NCBI GenBank assembly: GCA_000934665.2
Contig: JYFJ02004137.1
Span: 1 to 34,519 of the forward strand
Length of the DNA stretch: 34,519 nucleotides
Reading direction: 5' to 3'
Source of the DNA: Catajapyx aquilonaris
Taxonomy: Eukaryota
The notes under the pieces were generated by a model. It did not search any database, was not told the DNA's origin, and worked only from the letters and a program-made list of their open reading frames with translations. Each line of letters begins with the position of its first letter. Positions within the stretch are counted from its first letter, which is position 1. The translations under genes were made by a program, and so were the position numbers. This document shows, one piece after another, positions 1 through 11,300 of the stretch.

Positions 1-1635
1 CGGTCTCTTCTGCCTGCGCACTCACTCACTCGATTTGTAAACAGTGGCAACAATGGAAGCGCTCTCCATGTGCCGATGTTTGAATTGGCCCGCCAGACGG
101 GGTTGCCAGGGAACGGGCTACAATATAAGCAGCTTAGGCCGAATTTGTCAATAACTAAAACGACAAAAAAGTTTGATCACCCTATATGTAAGTATGTTCT
201 CCTTACATATGAGAAGTTGTTTAGGGACATCTGTAGCATATGGAAGAAAGTGTCTCCCACAGAAACTGAATTTTGTACTCAGCACAGGTAATATAAAATG
301 CAAGACAATGAGTCAGTTTGCTTCATTACATGGAGAAGAAAAACAGGTATTTGTAACATTTTGCATGTTTCAGGACTCCTGATCCCCAACAACTGCATGG
401 AAGCCCTAATCCGCATGCTCTCTGCGGAAGCAGAAAAGACAGATGAGGAGACATTTTGATGAGATGATGTTAGCAAACGGACCAAATGATTCTCTAGGCA
501 AGTAATGAGATCCCACTGTGCCACAATTTCATATTCTGACAACAAGCCGTCATTTTCAGATGGACCAAAAGAATATGTTAGTAGCCACGTGGATTAGAAG
601 GCAAATTTTTTTTGTGTGTTTGTTTTTCCAGTTGTGTTGTTTTGTGCATCACATGTCAAGTTACTACAAAGAGAAAAGTGCAGAGGAGTTGGGCTCTCTC
701 CTTTGCTGTTGCAGGGTAAAAACAAGATGTAAGTTAAGGCAGTTTACATTCAAGAGTTCGAATTTGTGTCGATGAATTTGGTGGAGAGATTCGTGATTTG
801 CCCCACCACTTTTGTCCTAATAACAGAAGTATAGATATGAAATGAGCATAGAAGTTAAACCACATCACAGTGATTGTTGTGCTTCAAAAGCAAGAAGAAA
901 GGAAACTTGAAAAATTCACTCTGTAGAAATGTTTAGATAACCTATTTAGTTCTTTTGTTATTAAAAATATTTAGGTGAATTTTCTGCCTTGTTGGAATCC
1001 CTGTGTTTTAAAAAAACCGGTTAGGCTTGCTACATGGTAGAAAGCTTTCCACACTATTTAACTGCATGGAGGGAAATCCTGAAGATTATCTTTGAGTTTC
1101 TCTCACACTATTTATTCTGGTTTTGGGAGTTGGAAAGAATAAGACCTGTGACCTTGGCTGTGAAGTGGAAATATGATCCGATGGAATGTGGGAATTTGAA
1201 CAAATCGTGGTAAGCAGAAGGACTAAACTCTCTCCCCTGCACCAAAAAAAAAAAAGGAACTACAAGAAATGGAAGAAGAAAAAATCTTTGTGTTACTGAT
1301 CTCTCCCTCCTAATTCAGTGTTACAGCTTGCATTTGTGTTCTCTTAGGAAATGATATGGTGTGATCAGTATTATTGTTTCTGGAGTTTTTCTTTGTAGGG
1401 GTTTATTGTAGTGACGAGAGGCACCGACTACATATATATTATAGAGCTGTGGGGTACATGTTTTGCAATTGATGGACAACCAAAACAACTGTGTAGGGTA
1501 CCTTCGTGGCTTTCGTGTTTCTCTCCCTCGCATGTTATTACTGTCACTTGAGCAAATGGATTGAAGTGCGAGTTGTGACATCCCACGTACATCTCATCTG
1601 AGTGGAAGTAAACATTCAAATGAACAGTTAACAAT

Positions 1636-1672
1636 TGTGTGTGTGTGAGTGTGTGTGTATGTATGTATATGT
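1636..1672. repeat. (TG)n/(TATG)n microsatellite
   Basis: Read directly from the sequence. Confidence 0.85.
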
Positions 1673-2182
1673 AAACGTGCTGAATTTTTTCCTCTGCATC
1701 ACTCCCATTAAAATGGAGATGTGAAAAAAAAATTTCAAGTGATGCATACTAGTGTGACTGAATCATCCTTGTTTGTGCTGTTATTGACACCTTGTTTCAT
1801 AGTTGTAGCATAGCTGTAGCATTAAAAACATTTAAAAAGAGCAGGTCAGATCTCTTAACTCCCAAATTTGATGGTATCATTTTTAAAATGATAAATTGTA
1901 AGTTTGAAACTTAATGACAAACCCTTGGACAAGTAGTCAACTACGTAGGGATGAATTCCCATTTGACATTTGTTTTATTCAATATTGTTCAAAGTATGTA
2001 GAGAGCACCACCTATCTATTATGCACTCTAAAAGACATGGTTATGAAGCAAAACCTCTTCGAATTCAAATTGGAAGTGATGGAGCATCAAAGGAAAATCA
2101 ACAGTGTATAGTTGCAGTGACAAGCTGTGTATTACTTTTTCAAAATGCCAATCTTCTTAAATAAATGGAGTTGAAAAAAAAG

Positions 2183-2204
2183 CAAGTGCCATTTCTATGG
2201 ATAT
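2183..2204. promoter_or_regulatory. Conserved upstream block CAAGTGCCATTTCTATGGATAT (degenerate X-box) of paralogue 1
   Basis: 2183-2201 is 18/19 identical to 8322-8340 upstream of paralogue 2. Confidence 0.5.
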
Positions 2205-2312
2205 GTGATTGTTGTTGTTGTTGTTTTTTTTTTTGCTTTGTTNTTTGCTTTGTTTTCATGGTTTACAGAGAAGAGAATTTGTGCGGTCAGGGTGTCACCT
2301 TTGCAGGGAGTC

Positions 2313-5300
2313 ATGGATGAAGTTTGTGTGGACCTGACTAAAGAGGAAACTGAAGGTACGTTCAGACTGACTTGTGTTGTGATTTTGACAAATAGATGCT
2401 TAGGTGATAAGAGTTAACAAGAATGGAGTAGCATGCTGGGATCTTTCGACCTAAAGTTAGTTGTCCACTGGAGTTTTATCAGCAATTAAATACCAGTATT
2501 ATCTAATAGAAGGCTGCAGAAGGAAAATAATGATATCTGTTGTTGCCAAGCATGGGTCATAACTGAACAGTTTTTTTAATTTGTATAACTTGAGTACTAA
2601 TAAAATGCAATACACTGTACTACCAATTATTGTGAATGATACGTAACACTTCATGATATTAAATCCCATTCCTTTGAATTACAGTGCTGGCGAGCCGCCT
2701 TGAATGGGATGTAGCCAAAGTGTGGGACCCTATAGATCTCAAGCGGCGCCGTGACTGGTTGCGAAAGAGGTTTTCTTACAGATACCCCTTCTATTTCTTC
2801 TTACCTCTTGATGTCGTAGCTGCATCCAAGAGATCGAGGGATGTTGTAAAAATCAGGAAACTGATTGTCAATAGGCAGTTTTCAGATGTATGTAACTGTA
2901 CCCTGGCCTAAAAGATGTAATGTATTGTTGTAAAGTAGAGTGGATCAAAATTCAGTCATTGCACTCGAGTGGAGTTCTAAGTTTTCTATCCATGAGATTG
3001 CATTGTTTTTACCTGCAGGTGTCTACTTGTGCTGCTGTGGTACGTTATTTGATGCCATGTGTTGTGAAAAGAAATGTTTGATTAAATAATATAGGATGCA
3101 TTTTTTTTTGGTGCATATTTCCAGATTGTAAGGTTAGGAATGCTTTTGGGTTTTCATTTACGTGCATAGTACAGTACTACAGACACCCTGTCATTGAAAT
3201 TGATGGTGATTATGATATTGTTAAATTTTTATTTCTGAGTAGTGTCATATTTTAAATTTGGCACAAGCCATTAGAACTACATATAGTCAAGTTATTGAAT
3301 TGTTGTAACATACCTTGCAATTTTATGAGTCATTTTAAAATATTCTACATCCATGGAAGAGTTAAGATTCCAAATATCGTACAGCTGAGCTTTTGTAGTG
3401 TGCAGATTATGAAATAGTTGAAATTAATCCATTTGAAGTAGTATTGAAATTCGTCATTCATTCATGGGATGAACTATTGTTTATCCGCACCTTAACAACG
3501 CAGTGGGGGTTGGGCGGGCAAGGGGCCTCCGATGGTTGGCAACGTTGCATCGCAAACAATCCGGTACCTTGATACTGCTGCCAGCCAAATTCGAATGCCT
3601 TCACGGTTGCTTGACGAAGTGTCGTTCTTTGGGTTAACGGACTGCAGCAACCATCATGGCTTTCACATTTCCCACCTCCTTCATTAATACTGTGGTCCTA
3701 GCACTCGTCTGATCGGTTCACGTGGCATGGGCAACAAGACGCCCTTTGTTGTGCTCTCTCGGCAACCGATTGTTTGCGACCAGTAGCCAACAAGTTTGGA
3801 GCCCACCACGCCTTCCCAACCCCGCCTCGTCGGTAGGTGCGGATAAACGATAGACTTTCTGAAAGCTATAGTCCTATCCTCTGTATTTTAGGCTCTACAG
3901 AAGATAAAATGTTCAGCAAGCGTGTTCCCGAAGGATTCATACATACTGCATCTTCGAGGCCTGGCTTCTCACTTCGCACTGGACTTTGAAGAGGCTGCCT
4001 GGTCTTGGAAGAGAGCTATAGCCTGTGAGACCAACCCATACATTCAAGTAAATATTACTAACTGCTATTATATTTCCAGTCTATCATGTAAAATGTGATA
4101 TTTTCACTTGGGCAATATTATTTTGTTCACTTCAGTGGCAAGCGTTCTCCTTGACACACAGCTACAACAGTTATTGCTGTCACGTTGCTTTTTGTGAGAT
4201 ATGTCAAGGGCTTATATGAGTTCTGTTACAGTTGTCTGCTCCAATTTCCTAATGAGAAAATTCATTTTGACACTAATTAATCTGTATTATTTAACAAATA
4301 CTTTGCTTCTCTACCAATTTATCTGTCCCTTATTGTGCTGGAATATCATGGCTTTAACTGTCTGTTCGGCGTTACTTCCACAGCTTAGATACCAACACTC
4401 TCTTCGTCGTGCCTACATGTCCTGGGGATTGCAGCATTTTTACCTGCAAAATTTTGCTCAGGCTTTGGACTGCTTTAGAGCAGCGATGTACATTTGCCAC
4501 GAACAGCTGTTGGAGACATATGTGGTAGAGTGCATGCATGCCCTGAAGATGGATCAGGAGTTTGAGAAGCAATATCATAATCGGATGGATGGCCAGCCAC
4601 TCAACCTTGACAATGGTCACCTGCTGATAATGCGAGCTAGGAATAACTATCGCAGTGGGAACTTTGGCATCGCCAGGTTAACTCTCCTGTGTCATTCCAT
4701 GCATCTCCCACTCCCCACACCTGCACTTGAGATTGTGCAAAGGGTGGAGAAAAAGGCCAACAAGTACCATTTTGATGCTATACAGGCGCAATTGAAGAAC
4801 ATGCCACTGAAGGTATGGAATTATTTTACTCAGGTAGAGGAAAAGATAGAATGTTATTTGCCATGTATGATGCTTAAATACTTTTTATGCAGGCAAGGGG
4901 TAATGCTGCGTGTGCAATTGAGTGCTGCCCAGACAGGACTGTCCACTATATTCTTATGGGGACCCTCCTCCGCCTTCAAGGTAGCACGGCTAAATCTGCT
5001 CAAGTCCTGAAGAAAGCCCAGGAGGTTCTTTCGTATGAATACCCTACCATACACTCATCCTACCTGGCTGGAAAAGGATTTGTTAGGTACAAGAAGCACT
5101 TGAATCATATCCTACTGGAGCAGGTGCTGCTTTTGAAGAATGATGTGGGCATTAGGACTTTGCATGAGTTCAGGTGTGATGAGGCATTGGAGATTGTTTC
5201 ATCGCTCAGGAAAAGGGACCCTATGTGGCCTGAAACATGCCTGATGGTGGGAGACTGCTTGGCAATACAAGTGAGTGCACACATTGTAAGGGAACTAGGG

Positions 5301-5774
5301 AAGGCTTGCGTGACATGCCACATAGAAAATCATGAATGTGTCTCATGCACGTCTACCCTCAATGTGAGAACATTTATTGACTAATGTTTGTGATACCAGG
5401 GTGACTTCACTGGGGCTCTGAGCAACTACATGGAGGCAAAGGTAGACCTTCCAGGAGGAACTATGGCTGAGACTGTGATGTGGAGGATCGCCCTAGTGCT
5501 TCAGCATCTAGCACTTCTTGCCTTGGAGTCAAAGAACTTCAAATATGCCATTTACCTGGCCACAAAAGCAATCTATTGTGGTGGAGAGAATTCATTTATG
5601 CGCAGCATTTTGGCCAGAGCCAATCACATGATTGGAAATGTGGATGCTGCCCAAGCTGAAATAACTCGCAGCCTGCAACTAAACCCAGGTGAACAGCATT
5701 CTTTGGATTTGATGAGGGTTATTGTTGGAAGTGAGTCTGAAGGATGCTACCAAGTGGGTACAAGGCGCCCTTGA
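2313..5774 (+). CDS. TTC16: TPR-repeat protein, TTC16-like, paralogue 1 (~527 aa, 6 coding exons)
   Basis: Exons 2313-2355, 2685-2887, 3892-4047, 4384-4812, 4893-5270 and 5400-5774 are joined by GT-AG introns into one open frame (MDEVCVDLTKEETEVLASRLEWD...GTRRP*). TPR-like helices include FEEAAWSWKRA, ALDCFRAAMYI, LLKNDVGI, MVGDCLAIQGDFTGALSNY and RSLQLNPG. They follow the order of motifs I recall in human TTC16 (FSSAAQNLRRA, NRAIENNP, RGTMYR, LTYNDFAV, NRGDCF, LLLNP). The gene structure is more certain than the TTC16 name. Confidence 0.75.
3474..3853. mobile_element. MITE (~380 bp) in an intron of TTC16-like paralogue 1
   Basis: TIRs CTATTGTTTATCCGCACCT (3474-3492) and AGGTGCGGATAAACGATAG (3835-3853) match at 18/19 and extend imperfectly to ~50 bp. 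The body is more GC-rich than the flanks. No clear TSD. Confidence 0.8.
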
Positions 5775-6291
5775 ATGTAGCAGGTAAGCCCAATTTGGCA
5801 TACCAGTAAGTAGTGCATTTTACAGTGGCATCCTTTTATTGACTCATAAGTCATACCCATTGCCTTTCAGATTGCTCCAGGAATTGATGCCATTGATCGC
5901 AAGAATGAGTACATTTTTTTTGTTATTTCTTGTATAATGCAGCATTTACTGGAGATGAGAGACAAGAGAAGACCATGGCTGTGATTTATTTTTTATTTTT
6001 AGAGCACAATAAAAGCATACATCTGGAGTAGAAATATGTACAGTTATCTATGGGTAATGGGTTCCAAGTCTTCCTGTGGCTGTGGATAAGTGAAACCCAC
6101 GGAAAAACTACTCAACCCTACATATTATGCATTTCTTAACATTCATACATACTGTAGATGCCTATGATAAGTTTATTTTGCAAATTATACACATCAATAC
6201 ATACAAAAACAATGAACAATGAAATATGATAGTTTTAGCAACTCTACTGTAATAAAAATATGGGATCCTGGTCATAAATGTGCTGATCAAG

Positions 6292-6754
6292 CTTGTTTGG
6301 TGCTACACCGTGCTATAGCCATCGGCTCCCTAAGGGGTGTGGAATACCACCATTTTTTTCTTACTAATTTTTCCCTTTTCATATTTTTTCTTTCCTCTGC
6401 AGGGATCAGGACAAGGATAAGGATAGGGATTTATGAAGAGGGGACACTGGTGCAAGTGCGTTGTCATTATGTATGGGTCATGTGCAGACCCCAGGGGGTC
6501 AGGTGCAAGACAACCCCAAGGTGTGGGTCAGAGACTCTAGCCGACACCACACCTCCCCATGGATGGGACAAGGATAGGAGAGGAAGGAAGCGGCTGTGGC
6601 CTATTATTAATGGAAGCAATTCCCCAGAATTTTCCTGGGAGGACAGTGGAAAGCCACAGAAAACCACAGTTAGGATCGCCGGGGCCGGGGTTCGAACCCA
6701 ATACCTCCCGATTAGCAGGCGGACTCCAAATCCACTGCACTAATCTGCTTCGGT
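6292..6754 (-). mobile_element. tRNA-derived SINE, family A, copy 1 (long 3' tail)
   Basis: 14-bp TSD ATGTGCTGATCAAG at 6278-6291 and 6755-6768. On the minus strand there is an A-box-like TAGTGCAGTGG and a B-box GGTTCGAACCC. A ~180-bp head/core is shared with the copies at 6962 and 12195. Confidence 0.9.
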
Positions 6755-6961
6755 ATGTGCTGATCAAGTAATTTATTGTCTCTGCCAACACTTACTGTTT
6801 GGATCTTTTTCAAAATTCATAAAAAATTATGGAGGTGATGCGACAGGACCTTAATGTTCATATCATATTCAATCTTTAGCTGGATTTATCTCAGGCTGCC
6901 ACTATTGCAGTTACCAGGGGTTCGTCTCTGCAGTTACCTTTAGTTTTTGCATCCATGTACT

Positions 6962-7191
6962 TTATTATTGATATTAAGGAGGTTGGCCCAGCATTGCCTT
7001 TCAACCTCCAAGGATAGGGAAGGAAGGAAGCGGCTGTGGCCTATTATATGGAAACAACCCCGGAATTATCCTAGGAAGACCGTAGAAAACCACAGAAAAC
7101 CACGCTCAGGGTTGCCGGCCCCGGGATTCGAACCCAGGACCTCCCGATTAGCAGGCGGACACCCTATCCACTATGCCAACCTGCTTCGGTC
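6962..7191 (-). mobile_element. tRNA-derived SINE, family A, copy 2
   Basis: 16-bp TSD TTTGCATCCATGTACT at 6946-6961 and 7192-7207. A-box TGGCATAGTGG and B-box GGTTCGAATCC on the minus strand. The tail has a GGAGGTTG/CAACCTCC hairpin and ends in (AAT)n. Confidence 0.92.
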
Positions 7192-7379
7192 TTTGCATCC
7201 ATGTACTGGCAAGCGAGTACCTAATTGTTTTGCCTACACTGCCTATGGCTGTGCAATCAAAATGGGTGTTGATTTTATTGTTACTCCTTCTGTTGTTGAA
7301 CATTACAGGATTATCTAGATAATCCTATTCATGAATTTCCTGAATATTGGATAATAGTTATTTTTATTTTAACAATATA

Positions 7380-8292
7380 AGGCAGATCGGGGTTGGTTGT
7401 AACAGGGTACGGTTGTAAAGGCGCCAATAATATATACGTTTGGATGGCGCTGAAGCTGAAACTCACACAGTACATGTGCCAATATGGCCTCTAAACTACG
7501 CCAAACTTTGGCTACTCCTTTTTTGTTTTTTGTTCTTTCACATGCAAAAAACCTAAATCAAGGTATGTTTCCAACTTTTTTGAGTGGCAGGAGGGGAGAG
7601 GTGTTATTGAATTGCCCTTGGTATCATGGGAAAGGTTCCTTTAGGGGGTGTTACACTGACAGTATGGATGACCAAATCATGTGCACAGTTAAAAAGTAGC
7701 AAGCATATCTACAAGACAACACACAATGGGGACAGTTGTAACAGCTCCTTGGGGTATATGGTAAAATCATGGGAGAAAGGGCAAGTCTGTGTACAAATGT
7801 TACAGCTACATATCTCACAGGATATTGAGAGTGGAAATAGTTATTATTTTGTGCAATAAAGCCAGTTATAACCAGTTGTCGAAAATTGACGTGAATAAAA
7901 AATCTATTTTTTTGTGATACTTATCTGCTGAATAAATTCCAGTGTATCGAGAGATAAAGCGTAGTCTAGGTGGATCAAGTACGCTATAAGCCAATTGTTG
8001 AGAAGATGAGTGGGTGTAAACTGTTCTTCAGTATTACATGAGACATAGTGTTACAATCGACCCCGACTTCTGTTACAACCGCCCATATGATGGCATCGGT
8101 TGTAACCTCAGCGTCGCCTGGGAAAAATATTGATAAATCTGTCAATTTTTAATATTAAGATTTTATAATGTTAATTTTACAAAGAGGAATGTTGCCTTAT
8201 TTCCACCTTGTCATAAACCTTTGCCTAAATGCATATGTAACTGAATTTAAAAATCCACACTACCAAGTGTTACAACCAACCCCAATCTCCCT
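7380..8292. mobile_element. Non-autonomous DNA transposon, TA-flanked (Tc1/mariner-pogo type), 913 bp
   Basis: 25-bp TIRs AGGCAGATCGGGGTTGGTTGTAACA and TGTTACAACCAACCCCAATCTCCCT (23/25), with TA at 7378-7379 and 8293-8294. The GTTGTAAC/GTTACAAC motif recurs internally. No transposase ORF. Confidence 0.85.
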
Positions 8293-8329
8293 TATTCTCA
8301 ACAGTAGCAGAATTGAAATTTCAAGTGTC

Positions 8330-8343
8330 ATTTCTATGGAAAC
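8330..8343. promoter_or_regulatory. RFX X-box-like motif ATTTCTATGGAAAC, 20 bp upstream of the paralogue 2 ATG
   Basis: Fits RYYNYY-N2-RRNRAC and matches GTTTCCATGGAAAC at 12/14. Equivalent motifs lie at 2191-2204 and 14122-14135. Confidence 0.55.
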
Positions 8344-8363
8344 AGTGGTCCCCTTTATTAAAC

Positions 8364-11300
8364 ATGCAGGGTGAGAGGATTTAGATGACTCTCTCATTGC
8401 TTGATTGCATATGTAATTTATTTTGGTTTCAGGTCTTTATCCGCCTTTGCGTCGGTTTTTGGATATAAAGTGGCTTCTAAAGCGCGAACAGGTAACGAGA
8501 GTCTTATGGCTCTACAAGTATCCTCCCAAACATTTTATGCGCATTCTACCAACATATCAAGAGAGACTTCTACAAGACATTACAAAGATAAGGAAAGCAC
8601 TTGTAGAATGTCGCTTCTTCAAGGTGAGTTTTCCATTTGAGTTTCCATTTATGGATTTTCTAAAAGTTTAAGCGTGAGTGTAACAGACTCTTTGTTCTTC
8701 CATTTCCGTGCTGAACATGCTCCTATAACAACAGAAATGCATTGAAAACCCTCCACTAGGGATACTGTACTGTACCACCATAAAAATTCTATAATGAGAA
8801 GGTGTCCACTAAATCTTTTAGAATTTCACTGCAACCATACCATTTCACTGTAACCATACACTATGTTGGCAAATAATATTATTCCATGAGAAAGTTATAA
8901 ATAAAATAATATGTCATTCTAACACTGCAGGCTTCCAAGTTGGCATCATGTGCCATTTTCACATTCCCAAAAAGTAGCATCCTATACCACTATCGAGCCC
9001 TGGCATCTCACTTGCAGTTGAACTTTGAGGAAGCTGTATGGAACTGGAAGAGAGCTCTAGCATTGGAGACAGATCCATGGGTCAAGGTATGGAAACTAAC
9101 TTCTTTTGCTCCACATACTGGTAGTGCATGATGCAGGTTTTAAATGCATAAAAATAATTATAATTGCAAACCTTGCAACGTATAATTTAGTAAACTATGT
9201 GTTTGACCATTTTGATAATATTGTGTGGGTTATAGTATGGGTTTTTAAACTGCTGATGCTGACCGGGAGTTCTCTGCAATAAGAAAATTTTACATAAAAC
9301 GTGTGTAATCCTAGGGCCCAAAATAATTTTCAAACCTGTGCACAAGCCCAGTGGTAACCATAATAACTGACTGTGAGTGGGTCAGCAGAAGAGCAGCATA
9401 TCCAACACTGACCCAAAGTTTCAGGAAAGTTTCTAAAAAAGTTTTATTCAGCAGCATATTTCCACAAATCTCTGGAGTTTTGATTTTTCTTCATTTTATC
9501 TTAAATATCTTGCACCACAGTACGAAAAATGAAAAATGCATTTATTGCTGTTGTTATGGGCAAAATGAGTGACACAATCTTGGTAAATTGTCGTCTAATG
9601 TTATCAATGGCTTCACAATGTTTTGAAAATGAGATATGCTCCTTTTCCACTAACCCATTCAATGATAAAAAAGCACTGGAAATTAAATTAGGCCAACTAT
9701 TACCATTTAATTGCAAGAAATTTTGTTATCCTCAAAATTTAGGACTGGAATCCAGCAAAGATATTCTTATGGATTTGTAGTTTTTGCTGTTGTTGTTGTT
9801 GTTGCATGTTCTGTTTATGGCAGAGTCATCCAATAATAAGGTTTTTAAATCACCTTGATGTGTAATTCTATTTTCCGACCCTCACATGTTGTGAATGGTT
9901 TTTATTGAATGCCATATTGTGTTTTAAGGCCCGCCACTGCACATACATCCATCATGCATATAAACTCTGGGGTACATATCACTACATTCGCACGAACTAT
10001 GAGACTGCCTATGAGTGTTACAAGGCAGCTTCCATCATCTGCAACACTTTGGAGCTGGAGAAGTACATAGTGGAATGCCTCTTCTTTTTGAAGAGGGATG
10101 ATGTGTTTTTTAGAGACTACCACAATAGAATGGATTTTGAGACTCCAAATTGTACCAACTATCACCTACTCATCTCAAGAGCACGATTTCTGTTCATAAA
10201 GGGAATGTGGGGTGAGGCCAGGATGGAGATCCTTCAACATGCCGTGTACACACCAATAACTAGTGTTGGACTGGAAGTTGTAAGGCAAGTGGAGAGGAAA
10301 GCAGAAATTTATCACATGGGAGCTATTCAGTGCTACGTCCAAGGATTCCCACTCAAGGTGAAATGGTTTCTTTCTTTTTATTGGTAGCACTAACAGCCTA
10401 CACATTTGTCAGTGACTGTAATGACGTAACTAGTGTCCACTTTAAGAGGAGCAAGTTGTAGGAAAACAGGTGGTTATTGTATATTGTGGAAAATATTTGT
10501 GGAACTGAGTAATTACTATTCCACATACAGATTTCACTGTATGTATTCAATAGAAAAAGCAACATTACACATCATTGCGTTGGTGTAAAATGTAACATGC
10601 CTGTATTCTGAAGAGTCCAGACTCTACTGTTGTACAGCATATTGAATTCAAATATTTTGTTTTACATATTCTTCTGTAGGCTATACTTGAACCAACCACA
10701 TCTTTCTGTCCTGGATCATCATCATATTATCATATTATCTTATCATCATATTCTCTGAGTCTCGGTCTCACCCCATACACCAAATCCAAAATAATATGAA
10801 AACTAGAATGAGAAGACTCTTATAAAGCTGGGGTTGCTGTGTCATGCATTATAACACCTTGAAAATGATAATTATTTTAACTGGAATGACAACTCCGAGG
10901 AGTGCCTCGTATGGTTGATTCCAGTCCATGCCAAATGATTAAATTCATAGCAGTTCAGTCACCTTTAATTAATTACCCTTAACAACAAGAGGATGGTGAT
11001 GACAGTATTTGAGATGTTGCATTTACAAGGAATCACACCACTTTCATAAACCACTGCATAACCATTTTGGTACATTTCCCCATCAGTACAATCAAGTGTG
11101 CAATTTTGCAGATTGTCAATGTTATGTGACCATGGACGTGGCTGAGGCTAGGGTTGTTTGTTTGGATAGGTGGTGTAAATGGCGTAGGTTAATTAATGGG
11201 TAAATAGGTAAATATGTCTGAGGATAAGGCTTTCTTCGCTCCAGCGAGTAGAGGGGACGTCCCTGGCGGGGTCAATGAGGTGCAAGGGAGGTGCTATACA

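Noticed and set aside
102..114. X-box-like GTTGCCAGGGAAC
   Set aside because: It is 2.2 kb from the first TPR ATG and also resembles a hAT terminus (GGGTTGCCA). Its target cannot be assigned within this window.
226..730. Several exon-like segments with AG/GT sites near the window start
   Set aside because: No combination gave a long or recognisable frame, and one candidate intron is only 27 nt. They may be UTR exons but cannot be supported.
6219..7318. Similar ORFs containing KDRxGRKRLWPI (6219-6743, 6947-7318, and 12136-12387 minus) that look like a protein family
   Set aside because: They are antisense translations of the family A SINE core.
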